Positions 1 to 7,693 of a stretch of 63,628 nucleotides of DNA are shown in pieces. Position numbers and translations under genes: made by a program. The DNA is from an uncultured Candidatus Saccharibacteria bacterium (GTDB taxonomy: Bacteria > Patescibacteriota > Saccharimonadia > Saccharimonadales > JACDBH01): assembly GCA_964431415.1 (NCBI GenBank), contig CAYSJS010000004.1, forward strand, positions 26,033 through 89,660, written 5' to 3'. Within the stretch, counting starts at the first letter, position 1, and every line of letters starts with the position of its first letter. The notes under the pieces were generated by a model, which saw only the letters and a program-made list of their open reading frames with translations, did not search any database and was not told the DNA's origin.

Positions 1-910
1 TCACCACCGGATTCCCTAACGTGCTTAGATCTGATATATCTTTTAGGTTTGATGGATCAAAGCTAGGATAATTGCCCATCGCCTTTACGGCACCGGTCTC
101 CGCATCAAGAATAAGTGCGCTGCCGGAATTACTTTTTGCTCGGTCCAAGCCTGCTTTTAGAATATCCTCCAGCTGCCGCTGCAGACCCACGTCGATGGTG
201 AGCTGAATCTGGTCGCCCGGTTTCGGATCAGTTACTATATTGTCCTTATTACTTACCAGCGGTACACCACGCACATCGGTTATTGCCTTCAGCTGACCCG
301 GGTTGCCTGCCAGCCTACCGTCAAAGAACTCCTCTATCCCATACTGCCCTTCACCGCTATCATTTACAAAACCGATAACCTGCGAAGCGAGCGACCCTTG
401 CGGATACGTGCGGTAAACTTCTTCTCTGGTTCCAACGCCGTTAAAATCAAGCGTATCTATAGCGCTGCTTTGGTCCTTAGAAAGTTTTTTGGCCAAAACC
501 ACATAGCGAGTGTTCTTTGTTTCAAGCTGTTCCCTTACCTTGTTTACATCGCCTCCAATGACTTTTGCAAGTTCCGAGGCAACTTTAAGAGAGTCTTTTA
601 CATACACCGGGTCGGCAAAAAGAGTGTACTTTTTTTCATTCAATACAAGCGGCGTTACCGCCTCGCCGTCATGAGCATAGATAACTCCCCGCTCTGCGGG
701 TATTTCGTATTCCTTAAGCTGCGACCGTAAAGCAGCTTTTTTATAATAATCATGCCGAATCACCTGCAAATAAAAAAGCCGAATAATAAAGACTGTGGTA
801 AGGCATAGAAGTATCGTATACAAAATCCGAATACGCGACGAACTATGCACCGGCTTCGAATTACTCGGCGGTGTTACTGGGTTTGCACGATAATACGGTA
901 CATTTGGCAA
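1..910 (-). CDS. ftsI: Penicillin-binding protein 2 / FtsI-type transpeptidase, N-terminal part (gene continues beyond left edge)
   Basis: Absent from the ORF track because it is open at the window edge. Manual minus-strand translation gives ...SSSRIRILYTILLCLTTVFIIRLFYLQVIRHDYYKKAALRSQLKEYEIPAERGVIYAHDGE...YPQGSLASQVIGFVNDSGEGQYGIEEFFDGRLAG...ALILDAETGAVKAMGNYPSFDP (TM anchor plus PBP dimerisation domain). It follows ftsL as in dcw clusters. Start ambiguous (TTG 925 or 910, GTG 850). Confidence 0.8.
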   Translation of the reverse strand, partial: MPNVPYYRANPVTPPSNSKPVHSSSRIRILYTILLCLTTVFIIRLFYLQVIRHDYYKKAALRSQLKEYEIPAERGVIYAHDGEAVTPLVLNEKKYTLFADPVYVKDSLKVASELAKVIGGDVNKVREQLETKNTRYVVLAKKLSKDQSSAIDTLDFNGVGTREEVYRTYPQGSLASQVIGFVNDSGEGQYGIEEFFDGRLAGNPGQLKAITDVRGVPLVSNKDNIVTDPKPGDQIQLTIDVGLQRQLEDILKAGLDRAKSNSGSALILDAETGAVKAMGNYPSFDPSNLKDISDLSTLGNPVV

Positions 911-931
911 AATATAACCCTTCAAATAAGC

Positions 932-1279
932 TTAATTTTGGACGACAGCGGTTGGCGCTACCGATACTAAGTTATTTGACACGGTGCTATTTTTAGCTCG
1001 GTCAAGCGCCTGCAATCTCGCAGAGGCGACTTCAAGCTCATCACGCTCCGACTTGAGCGTTTCGGCCTGTGTCCGCAGCTCATTTATCTTGTATCCATAG
1101 GCATTTGTTTTGGTCACTTGAGTCAAATACAGTAATCCCAAAATGCATGCGAGCACAATAAGAATGATGGTGTTACTAATGGGTCCAAAGCCTTTTAGTT
1201 CACGCTTAAACGAAACCGCGTTTTGGTTTCGTTGCGCATAGCGTTGCCGACCCATCGCAATCGATGATGAATATGTCAT
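932..1279 (-). CDS. ftsL: Cell division protein FtsL-like (single TM plus coiled coil)
   Basis: 115 aa. TM segment ISNTIILIVLACILGLLYLTQV is followed by a heptad-like region INELRTQAETLKSERDELEVASARLQAL. Lies between rsmH and ftsI. Confidence 0.65.
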   Translation of the reverse strand: MTYSSSIAMGRQRYAQRNQNAVSFKRELKGFGPISNTIILIVLACILGLLYLTQVTKTNAYGYKINELRTQAETLKSERDELEVASARLQALDRAKNSTVSNNLVSVAPTAVVQN

Positions 1280-1281
1280 AG

Positions 1282-1299
1282 TTTTTGTTTTTATTTTTT
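1282..1299. repeat. 18-bp direct repeat copy 1 (TTTTTGTTTTTATTTTTT), immediately upstream of the ftsL ATG
   Basis: Identical 18-mer also at 1541-1558. Confidence 0.9.
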
Positions 1300-1375
1300 A
1301 CGGTTATTACCTTTCTTCAGGCAAAAACCGTACAGCTTGTTTTTTGATACGTCTTTACGATAACAAAGCAGCTTT

Positions 1376-1500
1376 GCGGGTATCCCTGGCAGGTGGGAGG
1401 TTCACGACAGACATACCTACCGTGCCCCTTCCCACCTTAGGGACTTAACAAGCGCACCTCTCGCTACAGTACGCGAACTCGTACTTTGTAGGCGCGGGAG
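1376..1500. ncRNA. Candidate structured RNA / inserted element (two long hairpins), identity unknown
   Basis: Hairpin 1384-1442 contains AGGTGGGAGG (1391-1400) pairing with CCCTTCCCACCT (1426-1437), plus outer CCCTG/TTAGGG and inner CACG/CGTG. Hairpin 1452-1495 contains GCGC/GCGC, CTACA/TGTAG and GTACG/CGTAC. Strand not resolvable, since G-U wobbles occur in both senses. Confidence 0.25.
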
Positions 1501-1540
1501 CTACTTTTTACCGTAATAGGCATGCAGCGTATCCCCTTTC

Positions 1541-1558
1541 TTTTTGTTTTTATTTTTT
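1541..1558. repeat. 18-bp direct repeat copy 2 (TTTTTGTTTTTATTTTTT), spanning the rsmH stop codon
   Basis: Identical to 1282-1299. The rsmH TAA stop is bases 10-12 of the repeat. Confidence 0.9.
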
Positions 1559-2638
1559 TGCTACGGCCCGAAGCTTTGTGCTGCGGGCACGCGGATTGGA
1601 AACTATTTCAGATACCTCAGGCGTAATCGGCTTTTTGGTAAGCAGAACAAGTTCTGCATCATATCGGTCGCCAGCTACTTCTTGGAAGAACTGTTTTATG
1701 ATCCTGTCCTCCAGACTATGGAAGCTTAAGACCACAAGACGCCCTCCCGGGGCAAGTAGTTCCACCCATAACGGCAAAGCTGCTTTTAGGAGCTCTAGCT
1801 CATTATTCACGGCAATCCGAAGCGCTTGGAACGATCGGGTCGCCGGATGGACTTTACTGTGCCCCGGCCAAGCCTGGGCAATTATTCGGGCAAGCTGCGT
1901 ACTTGAGTGAATAGGACGATTTTTAATAATCCTATCCGCAATCTGCGAGGCTTTTGGTTCCTCTCCATATGTCCTTAGAATCTCCGTAAGCTCAGCCTTG
2001 CTATAGCTATTCACTATAAACTCGGCCGTCAGCTCTTGACGCTGATCCATACGCATATCGAGAGGCGCATCCTGACTAAAACTAAAGCCGCGACTCGCCG
2101 TGTTAAGGTGCGGTGACGACACGCCCAAATCCGCCAACACTAACTCAAATCTACGATTATCGAACAATAAGTCCTGGGCTGCGCTCAAAAAATCTTTGTG
2201 GATAATCTGAACGCCACTACCTCGGAACTTTTTTTGGAGCTGGACTACGGCCATCTCATCGCGATCGACGAGCACCGAGCCTGCAGCATTAAAGGTGCGA
2301 TCCAGTACTAAAGACGCGTGCCCACCGTACCCGGCCGTCAAGTCGAGGTATTTCTCCCCGGCTTTAGGGTCTAAAACTGAAAGCACTTGCGTTTGCATAA
2401 CTGGTATATGCAATGTCTGATCGGATTCGGAACGAACCACGTCAGACGGTTGGTCCTCTGCCCCCTCCGTAGAAGAAGCATCAGGAAAATTTTTGTTTGG
2501 ATTTTGGATTTTGGTCATGTTCTCTTGTTTCCGATCCTTAAGATATGCCCACTTATAATGGACGTAACCCCTGCTGGTTGCAAGCATTACCTGTATATCA
2601 AAAGTTTCGGCGTTTTTGTTTTTGCCTGATGTGCTCAT
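1550..2638 (-). CDS. rsmH: 16S rRNA (cytosine1402-N4)-methyltransferase RsmH/MraW
   Basis: HIPVMQTQVLSVLDPKAGEKYLDLTAGYGGHASLVL...ADLGVSSPHLN...RGFSF...LDMRMD...SFHSLEDRIIK motifs. The first 40 codons look non-homologous and contain an intergenic-type T5GT5 motif, so the ATG at 2518 is a plausible true start. Confidence 0.9.
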   Translation of the reverse strand: MSTSGKNKNAETFDIQVMLATSRGYVHYKWAYLKDRKQENMTKIQNPNKNFPDASSTEGAEDQPSDVVRSESDQTLHIPVMQTQVLSVLDPKAGEKYLDLTAGYGGHASLVLDRTFNAAGSVLVDRDEMAVVQLQKKFRGSGVQIIHKDFLSAAQDLLFDNRRFELVLADLGVSSPHLNTASRGFSFSQDAPLDMRMDQRQELTAEFIVNSYSKAELTEILRTYGEEPKASQIADRIIKNRPIHSSTQLARIIAQAWPGHSKVHPATRSFQALRIAVNNELELLKAALPLWVELLAPGGRLVVLSFHSLEDRIIKQFFQEVAGDRYDAELVLLTKKPITPEVSEIVSNPRARSTKLRAVAKK

Positions 2639-3085
2639 AGAAAGTCTAGGAGTTCTCAGGGTAGAACACCGGCATTTTTTAAAAGGCCGGGTTTACAAGG
2701 TCACCGAATCAGCAGTCAACTATTTTTGTTTTTGTAGAGTGTTTTTGTTTTTGTTCGTTTTGCTAAACTTGCGTGAGAGTAAAAATATATTTCGCCGGCA
2801 GTGTTGCCGTCTACGAATTCTTACTATACGTCTAGCAAATTCTAGAGACTTTTTTCTAGTGAGGTGGAGTTTTGGGAGGTGTTTTGTTAAAAAAGGTGCG
2901 AGGGTGTTTAAAAGTGGTTAGCCCCATGTTTCCCACTTGTTGACTGCCGAATCGCTGACCTCGAGTCGACAGGCTATATGTTTTTTCATATAACTTTTTG
3001 CTTTAATTCTCTTGCCCGAATTGTTAATGTACGGCTTACTAAAACACTATTTTTGTCAGGTCGCCTGCACGTATTTCCGATATTT

Positions 3086-3439
3086 TTAGTCTTTTGCCTG
3101 TAGGCGCCAGTATCGACCCGCACGAACCGCTACGACATCGCGCCCAATAAGCGCAAAATCTATATGGTGTTGCTCCAGAGTTATTCTGCCCTGCTTGGCA
3201 TCAATGATGCCCTCAACTCTTCCCATTCGGAGCTGGACGTTGAGGTCGGCAATACGCTCGTCAAGGATGCTACCTTTCAGCTGCGGCTCGACTTCCTCGT
3301 CCCATACCGCTTTCGGGTAGAGATGCAAGTAGTTTTTGAATCCTCTGGTAATGACCACGCCGCTCGCAAACTCATTACGAAGTTCGGCGGGAATAGTAAG
3401 CCGCCTTTTGTCGTCGAGTCTCCGTTCGAAGTAGTCCAA
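3086..3439 (-). CDS. mraZ: Transcriptional regulator MraZ (short form, TTG start)
   Basis: Two DxxxR-type half motifs (LDDKRRLTIPAELR and IDAKQGRITLEQHH). First gene of the dcw-type cluster. Confidence 0.8.
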   Translation of the reverse strand: MDYFERRLDDKRRLTIPAELRNEFASGVVITRGFKNYLHLYPKAVWDEEVEPQLKGSILDERIADLNVQLRMGRVEGIIDAKQGRITLEQHHIDFALIGRDVVAVRAGRYWRLQAKD

Positions 3440-3511
3440 CCTCGGTCCTTTAGTGTTAAGTTTTAGTGGTTTTTTTGTTTTTTATTTTTCGTATGAGTAA
3501 GGCTTTTTGTC

Positions 3512-3560
3512 TTACCCACGATTACCCACTAACAAGAGCATACTACCCACACTTACCCAC
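3512..3560 (-). promoter_or_regulatory. Four phased GTGGGTA(A/G) direct repeats, putative MraZ operator
   Basis: TACCCAC on the plus strand at 3513-3519, 3523-3529, 3544-3550 and 3554-3560 (spacing 10/21/10 bp), plus a degenerate fifth copy TACCCAT at 3640-3646. Lies 74-120 nt upstream of mraZ. Confidence 0.55.
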
Positions 3561-3603
3561 GTGCAAGGGTTTTTTACTGTTTTTCTCAGGAAATAGCGGC
3601 AAG

Positions 3604-3669
3604 TTATCCACATATTCGTGCCAAAAGCCATGCACCTACTACCCATAGCGTCGACTATGTTGTGGATAA
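3604..3669. promoter_or_regulatory. Pair of perfect consensus DnaA boxes in inverted orientation
   Basis: TTATCCACA at 3604-3612 and its reverse complement TGTGGATAA at 3661-3669. The shared 10-mer is GTTATCCACA. Confidence 0.5.
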
Positions 3670-3697
3670 CGCTAGAAAATAAAACAGGGGGCAGATT

Positions 3698-4523
3698 TTA
3701 AGCTTCGCTCATTATCACGTTGTTTGCCTCAAGCCACCCGTCGGATGAACCACCGTCAAGATATCGCCCTCTCGCCGCACACACGGTAAAGCGTTCACCG
3801 CCTTCCACCGCCATACTGATTACATCGGTAAGCATATATTCGCCATCCCGCACACTATTCATATAGTGCTCAACATAAGGAGTAAAAGATCTCATAAATA
3901 CGTATTTGCTAATATTGCGTAAACGCGAAGCGGTCTGATCAGGCTGCGGCTTCTCCATAATGCCGCGCAGCATATCCTGCTCATCGGTTTCCAAAATACC
4001 AAACCGACTCACCAGCTCATCGGCAACCGGGTCGCCAAGCACTGCGTGTGCACCCTTCTGCTCTGCTGTTTGTATAAGCAGCGCAAAATCATTCACTCCA
4101 GCCCCCCCAAGTAAAATCATCCCCGCTGGTCACTATATAGCCAGGTTCGTCCCTGACGAGCGGCAAAGCCAAAGACAGCGGCACTGCCGAGCCATATTTT
4201 CCATCCATCGGCTGCACGACGTATTCATACTGAATTCCCCTGTTCGTTCCCTGAACTTCCTCCAATAGCTGCGCCTGTCCACGTTCAGACAGGTATTTCT
4301 CGAGTTTTTCATTGTGTCCATAGTAGGTACGCAGTTGATTGCTTTGTTCGCCCACGACAAAGATAATCCTTTCAATTCCCGCCGCAGCCAAATCTGCGAC
4401 CAAATAGTCAATTAGCGGCCTGTTGCCAATCGGCAGCATCGACTTTTCTATGGCCTTTGTTATGGGCAGACGTCTCGTACCAAATCCGGCGGCTAAAACT
4501 ACAGCGGTGCGTATTGTATGCAT
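3698..4523 (-). pseudogene. GalU/UGPase-like sugar-1-phosphate nucleotidyltransferase, split by a +1 frameshift in a G7 (plus-strand C7) run
   Basis: ORF 4089-4523 carries the N-terminal nucleotidyltransferase fold (AVVLAAGFGTRRLPITKAIEKSMLPIGNRPLIDY). ORF 3698-4120 carries the C-terminal half (FGILE...IMEKPQP). They overlap at C7 4102-4108, and removing one base fuses them: ...SGDDFTWGAGVNDFALLIQ... Confidence 0.8.
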
Positions 4524-4544
4524 AGTATAAAAATCCCTTTGTAC

Positions 4545-5180
4545 TTACGTTTTTGTAATGGTATCGTCAAACTGTTCTAATCGATGAAAATAAACCTCAT
4601 TGCCGACGCGCCTTGCCGCTCCGTCTTCGTGCCGCCTGAGCCATAGATGCGTCCAATTGGCGGGCAGGTCTAGCGGCCCCTTGTCGTCTATAAGCACACC
4701 ACTTCCCTGGCCATATTCACGCGCCAAAAACTGCGCTTTGGGTTCTAAAACAATATGCTTGGGCAAGTTTAACTTTTTTAACCGCGTACAAGTGTTAATT
4801 TTAAAATACTGAAAAGCAGGATCGCCGTACGTCAAAAGCCGCGGCGCATAACCTTCTGCAACCAACTTGTCTAAGAAATCATGTGTATCAGAAAAGCAAA
4901 AGTCCGTCTCTCTTTCCAAAATCGCTTCTTCCATTTCTGCGGATAAAAACGCCCACTCACGACCCGTTAATTCCTTAAAATGCCCTCGATGATCATATAG
5001 ACGAATATTTCTGCCCTTCACCTCATGGAACCCATCGGCTGTGTCCTTGAACCTTCCTAGTGGCACGTCATGCCGCTGCAGGTACTCATCCAGCCACTTG
5101 TAAAATAGCTGCTGGCTAAAAAGCGTATCGTCAAAGTCTAAAAAGACCATCGGCTTAGTGTTTACCTGCGTTTTACTCAA
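4545..5180 (-). CDS. HAD-superfamily-like hydrolase
   Basis: N-terminal DxD motif MVFLDFDDTLF and a later IDD motif. Confidence 0.55.
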   Translation of the reverse strand: MSKTQVNTKPMVFLDFDDTLFSQQLFYKWLDEYLQRHDVPLGRFKDTADGFHEVKGRNIRLYDHRGHFKELTGREWAFLSAEMEEAILERETDFCFSDTHDFLDKLVAEGYAPRLLTYGDPAFQYFKINTCTRLKKLNLPKHIVLEPKAQFLAREYGQGSGVLIDDKGPLDLPANWTHLWLRRHEDGAARRVGNEVYFHRLEQFDDTITKT

Positions 5181-6183
5181 AATAAATACTCATTAGTTGA
5201 CGGGACAAAAGCGCAGTATTATGACGCACCAGACTCCGCGCATGAGCAATGGCATCACCCGTTTTTTGCTCAACCGGATCCTGCGCAATAAGCGGCAGCC
5301 CGATGGCGCGGTAGTGTTTACTGTCGAACGCTTCCAGTTCGAATTCGACTATCTTTTCGCCATCGTGCATATATTTATCCAGCAGCGTTTTTGCCGGCTC
5401 ATCGGTGTTGTAAATCACATAATCAAGCACCGGAGCACCGATAAAGCGTTCTATTTCTTCGGCGTAGTCATGCACCTTAAAACCGTCTGTTTGATTTGGC
5501 TTGGTGACAAGATTACACACATAGACAATTTTAGCCGCAGTTTTTTCGAGCGCTTCTTTCATGCCCCGAACCACCAGTGCGGGCGCAAGCGAACCATACA
5601 GGTTTCCTGGCGCAATTACGATCATATCTGCGCGAGCAATCGCTTCCTTGCCGGCTTCGGTGAGCGCAGCTTCTGGTTCCAACCGGATTACCGGGCGCTG
5701 CAACCCTTCAAAATGCAGATGGCCAATCTTAAATTCTCCGCGTACCGCTTCCCGACCCGGCTGCTCAAGCACCAGCTCGGCACTGGTTGTTGTTATAGGG
5801 ATAACCTTTCCCTGTATATGCAGCACCTCGCCAGCCAGTTCCACTGCATCCTCAAAACTGCTGGTCATTTTCTCTACCGCACTTAAGAATAAATTGCCAA
5901 AACTATGGCCTTTTAAGCTTCCCTCTTCAAACCGGTAGTTAAACAGTTCACGTACTTTCGGCGAGTCACTAAGCGCCACCAGGCATTGACGTACATCCCC
6001 GGGCGGCAAAACACCGAGCTCGTCACGCAAAATGCCTGTGGAGCCACCATCGTCTGCCATATTCACGAGCGCTGTTAGGTCATGTACGAATTTTTTGAGC
6101 CCGCTGAGAAGTGTAAAACTGCCGGTGCCGCCACCAATTACGACAATTTTTGGGGACTCTCCAAAAGGCGTATGTGTTTCCAT
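5173..6183 (-). CDS. yvcK: YvcK/CofD-family (UPF0052) gluconeogenesis/cell-shape factor
   Basis: KIVVIGGGTGSFTLLSGLK...ALVNMADDGGSTGILRDELGVLPPGDVRQCLVAL is a diagnostic block. Confidence 0.85.
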   Translation of the reverse strand: METHTPFGESPKIVVIGGGTGSFTLLSGLKKFVHDLTALVNMADDGGSTGILRDELGVLPPGDVRQCLVALSDSPKVRELFNYRFEEGSLKGHSFGNLFLSAVEKMTSSFEDAVELAGEVLHIQGKVIPITTTSAELVLEQPGREAVRGEFKIGHLHFEGLQRPVIRLEPEAALTEAGKEAIARADMIVIAPGNLYGSLAPALVVRGMKEALEKTAAKIVYVCNLVTKPNQTDGFKVHDYAEEIERFIGAPVLDYVIYNTDEPAKTLLDKYMHDGEKIVEFELEAFDSKHYRAIGLPLIAQDPVEQKTGDAIAHARSLVRHNTALLSRQLMSIYFE

Positions 6184-6272
6184 ATGCTAGCATGCTAGCC
6201 GCTCGCACAGCGGTTAGTAAAGGTAATTATTACAATGATTTTATATATTGTCCTGAAAAAGGCTACTGAACC

Positions 6273-7649
6273 CTAGGATTTTTTGAGGATTTCAAGCTGG
6301 CCCGCCCACCATCTTGCACTCTTGCGTATACTTCTTTTCATGTTTTTGTCTCTGTCTACCCCGACTAGGCCGAATTTTGGCCACCACCCGTAAGCCCATT
6401 CAAAGTTGTCAAGCAAGCTCCAGTGCATATATCCGACCAGTTCTACGCCTGCCCGGCGAGCTTTAATGAGCGAGAGCATCGTTTCTTTCAGCCACCACTG
6501 GCGATGCACATCGTCGGCATCGGCAACGCCGTTTTCGGTGATAAACACCGGTTTATGGTATTTTATCCATGCTTTTGTTGCCACTTCTCCCAAGCCGCTC
6601 GGCTCCATATACCACCCAACATCATTGACGGGAGTTTTGGGGTTATCTTGTTTGAACCCGTTGTAATAATTCGTAAAGTAATAGTTTATCCCGACAAAAT
6701 CCATATGCCGTTTTATGCGGTTCAAAAACCACCATGCCCACACATAAGAAGCCACCCGCGCGACAAGCCTGTCGGTAATACGTGAATTATTTTTTGGCTG
6801 ATCGTTTGCTATCTGCTGCGCAATACCAATCTGAAAATCAGGATTTGCCTGTTTGAGGATCTGGTACGCATAGCGGTGCACTTTAACCAGCTGTTTATAC
6901 ATCAGAAGGCGCTGCACTCGCGATCCATGCGGCGGCACGGCAATACCATTAAGATCGCTATAGGTCGCATACACATTCGGTTCATTGAGCGTAATAATAA
7001 ACTTAACTTCATCTTTAAACTCTTCCGCAACTTTGCCGACAAACCGTAAAAAATATCCCATGTTCGACGACTTTAAAAAACCACCTTTTTCTTCAAACCA
7101 CACCGGACATGTCCAGTGCCAAAGGTTAAGGACAGGCTCAATCCCGCGGGCTCTCAGCTCGGCAATATAGTTATGGTAATGGTCAAATGCCGCCTTGTTC
7201 CAAACGCCCTCCTCCGGCTCGACCCGCGACCACTCTAAAGAAAAGCGAAAAGCGTTCAGGTTAAGTTCCTGCAAAATATCAAAGTCTTCCTGATAGCGAT
7301 GAAAATGATCAACACCCTTGCCCGAAACATAATTTTCCGGTGTCTCTGCTGCGCCCCGTACATTATCCCAGTTTTCAAGCCATCCAAAACGATGTTTTGC
7401 TTTCTTGGCAAGGCCGCTTGCTTCTGCTAGCTCCCAAACAGTCCACTGGTCGTAATTACCGCCCTCTACTTGATGCCCTGCGGTGCTCGCGCCCCATAGA
7501 AAGCCGTCCGGAAAAAGTTTAACCGTTTTTGGAGCCTGCTCGCTAAAAGAAGGTTCAAGAGAATTTTTATCAGCACGCTGCACCGCCATAGGGCGATCTT
7601 TAACCGCTCCCGACACTTCCCTTTTGTTCCTATGTAATACTCGAGCCAT
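6273..7649 (-). CDS. Glycoside hydrolase family 1 (beta-glucosidase-like)
   Basis: FPDGFLWGASTAGHQVEGG, TLNEPNV and FITENG catalytic motifs. Start chosen at ATG 7649, which has TATACT (7658-7663) 8 nt upstream. The track ORF extends to a TTG at 7697. Confidence 0.85.
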   Translation of the reverse strand: MARVLHRNKREVSGAVKDRPMAVQRADKNSLEPSFSEQAPKTVKLFPDGFLWGASTAGHQVEGGNYDQWTVWELAEASGLAKKAKHRFGWLENWDNVRGAAETPENYVSGKGVDHFHRYQEDFDILQELNLNAFRFSLEWSRVEPEEGVWNKAAFDHYHNYIAELRARGIEPVLNLWHWTCPVWFEEKGGFLKSSNMGYFLRFVGKVAEEFKDEVKFIITLNEPNVYATYSDLNGIAVPPHGSRVQRLLMYKQLVKVHRYAYQILKQANPDFQIGIAQQIANDQPKNNSRITDRLVARVASYVWAWWFLNRIKRHMDFVGINYYFTNYYNGFKQDNPKTPVNDVGWYMEPSGLGEVATKAWIKYHKPVFITENGVADADDVHRQWWLKETMLSLIKARRAGVELVGYMHWSLLDNFEWAYGWWPKFGLVGVDRDKNMKRSIRKSARWWAGQLEILKKS

Positions 7650-7693
7650 TACACTAAAGTATAGCACTTTGCGCTTCGCGCTGTACTGAAGCG

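Noticed and set aside
398-730. Plus-strand 110-aa ORF, with similar long antisense ORFs at 5197-5886, 12630-13012, 22910-23404, 29609-29962, 42521-43012, 46531-47019, 57155-57916 and 59174-59764.
   Set aside because: All lie antisense to confidently identified genes (ftsI, yvcK, the KwaB-like gene, xseA, ctpA, rsmE, the ABC permease, rseP and tsf). Their translations are low-complexity Ser/Pro/Arg-rich, which is typical of shadow ORFs.
1376-1500. Possible SRP (4.5S) RNA: the minus strand reads CCUAAGGUGGGAAGGGGCACGGUAGG, reminiscent of CAGGUCCGGAAGGAAGCAGCCAAGG.
   Set aside because: In the most stable fold the GGAA lies inside an 8-10-bp helix (AGGUGGGA/UCCCACCU) rather than in a tetraloop, and the symmetric and asymmetric loop motifs are not reproduced. 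It is kept only as an unclassified structured element.
2636-2672. RNase P RNA CR-I-like string on the plus strand (AUAGAAAGUCUAGGAGUUCUCAGGGUAGAACACC versus GAGGAAAGUCCGGGCUCCAUAGGGCAG).
   Set aside because: There is no matching CR-V/P4 3' strand (ACAGAA..CGGCUUA-like, complementary with a bulged U) within 500 nt. There is also no GGUAAGAGCGCACC-type J11/12 region and no P1-P3 context. The resemblance is confined to about 20 nt.
2616-2921. Plus-strand 101-aa ORF in the mraZ-rsmH gap.
   Set aside because: It is Phe/Leu/Arg-rich, generated by T-tract repeats. It has no RBS or promoter logic and lies on the opposite strand to every neighbouring gene.
3440-3697. Replication origin (oriC) hypothesis for the DnaA-box region.
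   Set aside because: There are only two boxes, no dnaA/dnaN nearby, and no clear 13-mer-type AT-rich unwinding repeats beyond the T-tract at 3468-3490. Gene orientation does not switch here. A DnaA-regulated promoter is the more economical reading.
6184-6199. Palindrome GCTAGCATGCTAGC abutting the yvcK start.
   Set aside because: It is a short, restriction-site-like (NheI/SphI) palindrome with no second copy seen, so there is insufficient evidence for a regulatory role.
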